This document shows positions 21,567-29,813 of a DNA stretch of 29,813 nt, in pieces (the stretch's first letter is position 1; every line of letters starts with the position of its first letter). A program made the position numbers and the translations under genes. The stretch comes from Octopus sinensis (taxonomy: Eukaryota): NCBI RefSeq assembly GCF_006345805.1, contig NW_021832886.1, positions 1 through 29,813 on the forward strand, in the 5' to 3' direction. The notes beneath the pieces are model-generated. The model had not been told where the DNA came from. It did not search any database and was given only the letters and a program-made list of their open reading frames with translations.

Positions 21567-21965
21567 GGCGGCGAGCTGGCAGAAACGTTAGCACGCCGGG
21601 CGAAATGCTTTTTGGTATTTCGTCCGCCGCTACGTTCTGATTTCAAATTCCGTCGAGGTCGACTTTGCCTTTCATCCTTTCGGGGTCGATTAAATAAGTA
21701 CCAGTTACGCACTGGGGTCGATCTAATCGACTTAATCCGTTTGTCTGTCCTTGTTTGTCCTCTCTGTATTTAGCCCCTTGTGGGTAGTAAAGAAATAGGT
21801 ATTTCGCCTATCGCTACGTTCTGAGTCCAAATTCCACCAAGGTCGACTATGCCTTTCGTCTTTTCGTGGTCGATAAAATAAGTACCAATTGAACACTGGG
21901 GTCGATGTAATCGACTCATCTCCACCTTCTCTAATCTGCCCTTGTGGCAAAAATTTGAAATAATT
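21567..21965 (+). mobile_element. Two SINE group C copies in tandem (full 21567-21800; 5'-truncated to about 21965)
   Basis: Head GGCGGCGAGCTGGCAGAAACGTTAGCACGCCGGGCGAAATGC; both copies have the CCTTTCRTC..GGTCGAT.AAATAAGTACC..CACTGGGGTCGAT core. Confidence 0.92.
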
Positions 21966-22267
21966 AGATGAATCAAATACATTCAAGTTATTGAATAGAC
22001 AAATACATCATCAAAAAATCCGTTACAAAGACAATTTCACTAATTAATAAGTTAATGCTCGTAATGTTTAACAAAATAAATAGGTAAATAAAATCCTCTA
22101 AAGTTAAAAATTTTTTCGCACTATATAAACTCGCATTATGTAAACCACTATATTACCACTCGCATTATGTAAACTCGAAAGCAAATAAACATTGGTTAAT
22201 ATGATTAATAACTTGGGTTGCTAATGTGATATTTGTACAAGTTATGGGTCTTAATTTCATATTGATT

Positions 22268-22712
22268 TTAAATTTTGGCACAAGGCCAGAAATTTAGGGG
22301 GAGGAGATAAATCGATTATATTGAACCCCAGGGTTTAACTGTTACTTATTTGATCGACCCTGAGAAGACGAAAAGCGAAATCAACCTCGGCAGAATTTGA
22401 ACTCAGAATGTAACCTCGGACGAAATGCTACTAAGCATTTTTGCCTGGCATGTTAATGATTCTGCCAGCTCACCGCCTTTGATCTTACTTTAATATTCCT
22501 TTCATATTTAAGCACAAGACCAGCAATTTTAGGGGAGGGGAAATTCGGTTACATCGACCCCAGTGCGTAACTGGTACTTATTTTATCGACCCCGAGAGAA
22601 TGAATGAAAGATAAAGACAACCGCGGTGGAATTTGAACTCAGAACATAAAGACGGACGAAATGCCGCTATGCATTTTACCCGGCATGCTAACAAATCTGC
22701 CAGATCACAGCT
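22268..22712 (-). mobile_element. Two SINE group C copies in tandem (about 22268-22478 and 22505-22712)
   Basis: Reverse complements of the group C pattern, ending ..TTCTGCCAGCTCACCGCC and ..TCTGCCAGATCACAGC. Confidence 0.88.
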
Positions 22713-23292
22713 TTTGATCTTAATTTAATATTGGCCATACGAACACAGCACTCTCCAAACAGTTCATTATGCATTTACAAGAAGTAATTGCAATGCACTT
22801 CGCCACGCAAGACAAGTCGAAAGGGAAATAAAAAGCATTAGAGGACAACATATTTGTAATCTACAGAATTGTCCGCAAAAGTGGACAATTGCCGAGCAAG
22901 TAAAATTCGTCGCATAGCACAACGAAGAAGAAATGTCCTCACACTCTTCCTTTTATAACATACAACGAAAAACAGTTCATTGGTTACATATTACGCAGAT
23001 CATAATATCTACCCGAATAACAAATACCCTACCTATTATAAAGAGAGAGTGCTAAACAGCTATATCAGTTCATTCTGAAGATGAGCCTGGGGAAGTCCAG
23101 AAATGTTCACAATGATATTAAGAACATTAATATTCCAAATAAACTGTAAGAGCCCATGCAAAAATATGAAGAAAATAAGTAACTTCATAACGAAAGATAT
23201 AAACAAAAATGGGGGATAGTTATACATCCAATACAGCACATACATGTATTTATATATATACAAGTGTCTTTATTTATACATATACATACATA

Positions 23293-23736
23293 GGCGCAGG
23301 AGTGGCTATGTGGTAAGTAGCTTGCTTACGAACCACATGGTTCTGGGTTCAGTCCCACTGCATGGCACCTTGGGCAAATGCCCTCTACTATAGCCTCGGG
23401 CCGACCAAAGCCTTGTGAGTGGATTTTGTTGACAGAAACTGAAAGAAGACCGTCGTATATATGTATATATATATGTGTGTGTGTGTATCTGTGTGTGTGT
23501 GTATGTGACTGTGTGTATATGTTTGGGTGTCTGTATTTGTCCACGCTTGACAACCGATGCTGGTGTGTTTACATCCCCGTAACCCAGCGGTTCGGCAAAA
23601 GACACCGATAGAATAAGTACTAGGCTTGTAAAGAACAAGACCTGGTGTCGATTGGCTCAACTAAAGGCGGTGCTCCAGCATGGCCACAGTCAAATGACTG
23701 AAACAAGTAAAAGGGTAAAAAAGTAAAAGAATAAAG

Positions 23737-23738
<2 letters not shown>
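23293..23738 (+). mobile_element. SINE group A, full composite
   Basis: GGCGCAGGAGTGGCT head, GAAAGAAGACCGTCG, internal TA/TG tract, tail ending GAAACAAGTAAAAG. Confidence 0.93.
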
Positions 23739-23781
<43 letters not shown>

Positions 23782-23887
23782 ACACATATATATATACACT
23801 TATATACACACGCACACAGCGTTTGAGAAGCGGTGGTGTGGGACAAAACCGCGTACGCGCACACATGCACACATGCATACACACATA

Positions 23888-23921
<34 letters not shown>

Positions 23922-23924
23922 TGA

Positions 23925-24115
23925 TGCGCTTCTTTCAAATTGTCAATCTATTATGGATAGCAATCTGTCAACCAAGTCCACTCAGAAGACTTTGCTCAGT
24001 CCGGAGCTATTCTGGAAGACACCTGCTTATGGCGCCACACAGTAAAACTGAACCCGGAACTTATATGTGGCTGAGAAGCAAGAATTCTTACCATACTATC
24101 CACACTCTAGCGCCT
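23925..24115 (-). mobile_element. SINE group A head, degenerate
   Basis: GCTTCTTTCA..CCACTCA..GAAGACACCTGC..CTGAACCCGGAAC..CTTACCA..GCGCC. Confidence 0.65.
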
Positions 24116-24389
24116 CCTGTACGATAAAATATTTCACGGTCCACGTCTACATAGCGAAAAGACAAGCAGGCGTTGCCAGCAAGATGTCTGTTATTTGACG
24201 ATACCTGAATGATATAACAATTGCATGGCATACTGACTGTGAAAGCCATTATCAACCAGGAGACGTAGAAGTTAAATAGAGTCAAGATTAATCGGAAAAC
24301 CACCAGTTATCCTACTTACTGAACTCCCGAAACCATTGGCAATATCAAAGAACGAATGCGATGCAATGTATATGCTTGACATCATCTGC

Positions 24390-24410
24390 ATATATATAAT
24401 GTGTGTGTAT

Positions 24411-24445
<35 letters not shown>

Positions 24446-24519
24446 TTGTATATATACATACATACATATATATGTATATATACATATATACACACATATA
24501 TATATATATATACATATAT

Positions 24520-24572
<53 letters not shown>

Positions 24573-24751
24573 CTATATATGTACACATATATTACATATA
24601 TATTCATAACTGTGTTTTTATATAGTGTGCGTGAACTTTTCTAAATATATATATATATTTACATATATATATATATGTATATATATACACATACATACAT
24701 ACATACATATATATATGTATATATATACACACATACATTCATATATGTATG

Positions 24752-24789
<38 letters not shown>

Positions 24790-25065
24790 CATATACATAT
24801 ATATTCATAACGCTGTGTTGTTTATATATTGTGCGTGAACTTTTATGAATATATATATATTTACATGTATATATATACATGTATGTATGTATGTGTGTGT
24901 GTTTCTATGTGTACGTGTGTGTGTGTTTGCGTGTATGCGTATATCTCTTTACAAATATGTATGCTAACTACGGAAGCACAATCCAGAGACAAAAACATCG
25001 AGCTGGACACATACACGCTTGTGTATATGTGTGTATACATTATTTGTGTATATATATATATATGT
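24390..25065. repeat. TA/TG microsatellite field containing a ~200-bp-period duplication
   Basis: CATATATTCATAAC..TGTGCGTGAACTTTT..ATATATTTACAT occurs at about 24595 and 24797. Confidence 0.88.
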
Positions 25066-25196
25066 AGGTCCCGGGTCGAGTCGGGGTTAACCACAGTAAA
25101 TAAGGTACTCAATACATAGCAGAGTAAATTAATTTATTTAATTTATTTTATAGAAGGATCTCCTTCTATAAAATAATATATATATATATAATATAT

Positions 25197-25230
<34 letters not shown>

Positions 25231-25289
25231 ATATATACTTGGTTTTTGGATTGTTTTTGTGAGTTCGTGTGTTGAAGCATATTTTGTTG

Positions 25290-25567
25290 TGTCTAGGTAG
25301 AGTCATTCTCTTTTGGTGCCTTGTTATTTGTTATTTAACACACTCACCGGTAATGTTTACACTCATTTAATTACTTATTTTTCCCAAATTTTTGTTGGGT
25401 CTTGCAAACTTTTCAGTGGTCGTTGACAGCCAACGACTATTGGAAAGGTTGCAAGACGCAACGAAAATTTTAGGAAAAATAAATAAGTAAATGAGTGGAA
25501 ACTTTACCGGTGAGTGTGTTAAATAACAAATAACAAGGCACCAAAAGAGAATGACTCTCACCAGACA
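25290..25567. repeat. Large fold-back inverted repeat (arms about 136 bp, 5-nt loop)
   Basis: 25290-25425 pairs with 25431-25567; centre GTCGTTG-ACAGC-CAACGAC; followed by (TA)n. Confidence 0.93.
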
Positions 25568-25601
25568 TATATATATATATATATATGCATTTATCTAGCT
25601 G

Positions 25602-25680
<79 letters not shown>

Positions 25681-25829
25681 GTTGTCTATTTATATACATC
25701 TCAAAAGTAATTAGACACCATGCTTACTGAAAGATTTATTTCCACAAAAATACTTAATCTTGTGCTTCATAGACATTCCTTGGGCACAATACGTTATAAG
25801 TTTGAAGGATCATGAACTGTCTACACAGT

Positions 25830-26244
25830 CGTATATATGTGTATATATGTATGTGTGTGTATGTGTTTGTCCCCCTAGCATTGCTTGACAACCAATGCTG
25901 GTGTGTTTACGTCCCCGTCACTTAGCGGTTCGGCATAAGAGACCGATAGAATAAGTACTGGGCTTACAAAGAATAAGTCCCGGCGTCGATTTGCTCGACT
26001 AGAGGCGGTGCTCCAGCATAGCCGCAGTCAAATGACTGAAACAAGTAAAAGAGTAAAAAGAGAGTATATATATATATATATAGGAACAGGCATGGCTGTG
26101 TAGCAAAAAGCTTAATTCCCAACGACATTTTTCTGGGTTCAGACCTTCTGCATGGCACCTAGGGCAAGTGTCTTCTACTCTAGCTCGGGCCGACCATAGC
26201 CTTGTGAGTGGATTTAGTAGACGGAAACTGAAAGAAGCCCGTCG
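25830..26244 (+). mobile_element. SINE group A: tail-only copy (25830-26062) followed by a head-only copy (26083-26244)
   Basis: The first copy begins at GTCGTATAT and has the complete tail; the second ends at GAAGCCCGTCG plus (TA)n. Confidence 0.88.
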
Positions 26245-26248
26245 TATA

Positions 26249-26305
<57 letters not shown>

Positions 26306-26796
26306 TATATATGTATATATTTATGTATCGAGAAATGGGCAGTGTCTATGGCCTAGCCGTTCTCGAGGAAGTCAGTGATTGTGGTACTATTACCAACCAG
26401 CTCATTTATGATAATTCCTATCGTATTTGCTGTCACTTAGACAGACAGATAATGTACTAAGTTGACGTAAACTCAGTAACAATCGAATTCGTTTAAATCA
26501 ATTTCCCTTCAGTTACGTAGGAAAAGCCTATGCATGTCTCGTCAGTGCTGTTTCGGACATGGCCATTCTAAGAAGTTACCTGGATTGGCTACAGGGTTAG
26601 GCGGCATAATGCTGATCTAAATATGTTGTGTTTGTATTTGTAGTTACGTTAATGCATGGCTTAATCCGAAAGCCTATGAAAGAATGAAGACTGCTCTGCC
26701 TCACAATATTCACTTTGACAACTTTACGTATATATATTCTTAGTATCAAGGCAATCAATGAGTAGTAACCGAAGGAATGACTGTGTTGGTTTAGAA

Positions 26797-27140
26797 CAGT
26801 ACTCCTCAACCAGAGTCCATCAGGCCCCTGGGGGTCCATATAAGATTTTTTGGGGTCCACACAACTAAATAGTAAATAGAGGATCCACAATAATATTTTA
26901 AGAGCCCCTGATTTTGCTTTAGATGCATGTATTGGTATGTATTGCAAAAGACTGCTAGTTTTTTTCTCTCTCGTGTTTTACATAGTTCAACCAACACAAG
27001 TTAATGTTTGAAAAGAAAAGGGAATTTTGAAAGAAGTTTCTATAAAACTAGTTTTAAGACATCGAATAGCTATCGGAGCCCACCAGAATAATATGATAAT
27101 CAAATGGGTCTTTGGATAAAAAAATGTTTAAGAACCTCTG
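26797..27140. mobile_element. hAT (Charlie-like) MITE
   Basis: TIR-like CAGTACTCCTCAACC and GTTTAAGAACCTCTG; 8-bp flanks GTTTAGAA and GTCTACAA, each one change from GTCTAGAA (NTCTAGAN-type hAT target). Confidence 0.72.
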
Positions 27141-27240
27141 GTCTACAATATGCATAAATGACTGACATATTTCACACAGCACAATCTTAGAAAGTACAAA
27201 CACGTTACAGTTGTGTCTATATTCCTGTAACAACTCAATC

Positions 27241-27390
27241 GTCATGCAAAAGGACCCCTTCGGTCATGAATGACAATGGAAAAAATAAAGTGCCTTGCTC
27301 AAGAACACAACACACATCTCGGCCTGGGAATCGAACGCAATACTTCATAATTGTGAGCCCGACGCTCTAACCACTAAGCCATGCGCCTTC
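27241..27390 (-). mobile_element. tRNA-headed SINE (group B head, middle 2), internally deleted
   Basis: Reverse complement reads GAAGGCGCATGGCTTAGTGGTTAGAGCG..GTTCGATTCCCAGGCC..GTTCTTGAGCAAGGCACTTTATT. Confidence 0.78.
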
Positions 27391-27629
27391 ATGTATAAAC
27401 AGACAAATGTCGTAATCTAACCAGATGCCAGCTCCTTGATTGTTTATGCTTTTGATCTATTACAAACGAACCCGTTCAGTTGATAAACCTCCTGTAGCCA
27501 ATTGCCACGAGGCAGCTATAACATCCTTGCCTAGTTGCAGTTCAGTTTGGTATTTAGGTAGCAAATCAATCTGAGTAATAATTGTGTGTACCTGTTACCT
27601 CACGTCACCGGACGTAATATTACCTGAAT

Positions 27630-27689
<60 letters not shown>

Positions 27690-27813
27690 ATGTTTGTCTG
27701 TCTGTCTGTCTATCTCTGTCTCTCTCTCTTTCTCTCTCTCTCTCTATCAATCTATGTATGTATGTACGTATGTATGTATGTATGTATGTATGTATGTATG
27801 TATGTATGTATCC

Positions 27814-27878
<65 letters not shown>

Positions 27879-27978
27879 ATGTTTGTCTGTCTGTCTGTCT
27901 ATCTCTGTCTCTCTCTCTCTCTATCAATCTATGTATGTATGTACGTATGTATGTATGTATGTATGTATGTATGTATCC

Positions 27979-28038
<60 letters not shown>

Positions 28039-28040
28039 GT
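27630..28040. repeat. Compound microsatellite duplicated in tandem (period 189)
   Basis: TAATGTTTGTCTG..TCAATCTATGTATGTATGTACGTATG..TCCATCTATC starts at 27688 and 27877. Confidence 0.92.
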
Positions 28041-28064
28041 CAGTCTTGCTATTTATACGCATGC

Positions 28065-28410
28065 ATTGTGTGCAAGGTGGGGTGGGAAAGTTACAATTGA
28101 CTCCAGTACTTGACGGGTACTTTATTTTATCCACTACAGAGGGATGAAAAGCATTTTTGATTTCGATAGAATTTGAACTCAGGAGGTAAAGAACCGGAAA
28201 AACCACCGCAAGGCATTTTCCCGACGCTCTTACATTCTGCCGGCTTGCGATCTTAATAATAATTGAATCTGACTTAGGCACACAGTTTGCAGTGTTGAAG
28301 GGAAGTGCTTATTCGGTAGGACCGACCCCAATACGTTACTCGTGCTTTATTTTATCGACCTCAGATGAGAGAATGACAAAGTTTACCTCAGATGAATTTG
28401 GGGTAGGAAC
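28065..28410 (-). mobile_element. Two degenerate SINE group C copies in tandem
   Basis: GGTACTTTATTTTATCCAC..GGGATGAAAAG..GAATTTGAACTCAG, then TTTATTTTATCGACCTCAG. Confidence 0.7.
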
Positions 28411-28954
28411 AATAAAGTGGATCCTATTCAATGGATTTGACAGAGGGAGAGAGAGTGTAGGGAGGGGGAACAGCATAAACAAATGGTTTAATACTCTGCT
28501 TCGCAACTGTATGTTTCTGGGTTCGACCCCACCGAAAAGCATCTTGGTCAACTCTATCTTTAAATAACCAAGGTTTAGCCAATGCCTTGTAAGTGGAATT
28601 CAGTAGATGGAAAACGGATAGAGGGTCTTAGCATATACAATTTAGTGTACGTTTCTGGTGTCATAGAGCAAAACGTTTTTGCCCGATGCGCTAAAGATTT
28701 TGACAACCAGCCGTCCTTTCCCTGTATGTCCTTCGGGTGGGCACCTCCATTTCGTGATACTTCAGTCGACTCAGCAGAAAATCGGCTCCATCGGGTATAG
28801 ATGTAGAAGACTAGCACCACCTCCTATAGATATGCTCGTTAGTAGACGGATGGGCATTGAGTGAATATAGAGAAAAAAAGAATGAAAAAGAATCTTGCAA
28901 ATCATTGTTTAATACATCTATTTTGTATTTAGGCATTGAGTTGTTTGTTACAGT

Positions 28955-29285
28955 AAAGACGCGTGGCTTAGGGGTTAGGGTATTCGGTTTACGATCGTAA
29001 GGTTGTGAGTTCCATTCCTGAGGACGCCGTCTGTCCTTTAGCAAGATACTTTATTTCGTGTTATTCCAGTTCACTCAGCTGGCAAAAATGAGTTGTATCT
29101 ACTTGTTATTCAAAGGGACAGCCTTGTCACATTCTGTATCACGCTGAATCTCCCTGAGATCTACTTTAAATGTATGCGTGTCTGTCTGTGAAATGCTCAG
29201 CCACTTGCACGTTAATACAACGTGCAGGCTGTTCCGTTGATTGGATCAAATGGAACCCACGTCGTTGTAACCGACAAGGTCTCAG
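28955..29285 (+). mobile_element. SINE group B variant (tRNA head, middle 2, tail X), diverged
   Basis: CACTCAGCTGGCAAAAATGAGT middle joined to the TCAAAGGG..GCCTTGTCAC..GCAGGCTGTTCCGTTGAT..GTAACCGAC tail. Confidence 0.85.
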
Positions 29286-29364
29286 TTTGTTACTATGGTT
29301 GAGCGTACGTGTGTAGGTATACGTTCCACAGTGTACGCATTATATAGTAAAGTCATCTTTTCTC

Positions 29365-29772
29365 ATTTTGGCACAAGACCATCAAGTTTGACGGGTGAGT
29401 AGATGATTATATCGACCTTAGTGCACAACTTATTTTATCGAGCCCGAAAGGATGAAATGCAAAGTCGACCTCGGTGAAATTTAAACATAAAGATGAACGA
29501 AATGCTGTTTAGCATTTTGTCCTGCGTGCTAACGATTCTGCCAGAACACGTTCTTAATAACACCACTACCAACAACAATAATGGTTTCAAATTTTACCAC
29601 AAGGGCAGAAATTTCTTCGACCTCAGTGTTTCACTGGTACTTAATTTATCGACCCCGAAAGGATGAAAGGTAAAGTCGACCTCGGCGGAATTTGAACTCA
29701 GAACGTAAAGACGAACGAAATGCTGCTAAGCATTTTGCTCGGCGTGCTAAGGATTCTACCAGCTCACCGTTT
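29365..29772 (-). mobile_element. Two SINE group C copies in tandem, followed by (AAT)n to the window end
   Basis: ATCGACCCCGAAAGGATGAAAGGTAAAGTCGACCTCGGCGGAATTTGAACTCAGAACG and a similar upstream copy. Confidence 0.9.
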
Positions 29773-29813
29773 TAATGATGATGATAATAATAATAATAAT
29801 AATAATAATAATA

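Noticed and set aside
22129-22174. 17-bp direct repeat ACTCGCATTATGTAAAC with a 12-bp spacer
   Set aside because: Most simply a small slippage duplication; no element between the copies.
25436-25480. GTTGC-AAGAC-GCAAC-GAAA-ATTT-TA as a hammerhead 3' half
   Set aside because: The upstream core reads TTGGAAAG rather than CTGANGA, and no stem I pairing exists.

Overview
AT-rich eukaryotic DNA made almost entirely of microsatellites and interspersed repeats. I find no intact protein-coding gene, tRNA/rRNA gene or CRISPR array. The extreme (TA)n/(TG)n/(TATC)n/(CATA)n density and the SINE families suggest an Octopus (coleoid cephalopod) intron or intergenic region; this is inference from recall, not a search. 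Recognisable contents: three tRNA-headed SINE groups in more than 20 copies (here called A, B and C), a decayed Tc1 transposase, a 5'-truncated L1/Tx1-type LINE inside a (TATC)n tract, two 3' fragments of an RLE-type (R4/Dong-like) retrotransposon, a non-autonomous Helitron, a hAT MITE and a mariner-like MITE. Main discovery: a 428-bp non-coding unit (4279-4706) carries a complete type I hammerhead ribozyme motif (4374-4446) of the minimal palindromic-stem-III kind known from Penelope-like elements. It is inserted as about 1.7 units with a twin-priming-style 5' inversion, implying a multimeric or circular RNA template (retrozyme-like). A neighbouring 405-bp unit (2925-3402) has the same geometry, and several fold-back repeats lie next to (TA)n tracts. 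Also notable: a SINE with a 220-bp target-site duplication, a 2x2 modular SINE mosaic, and a SINE/LINE shared 3' tail. All alignments and counts were done by eye.
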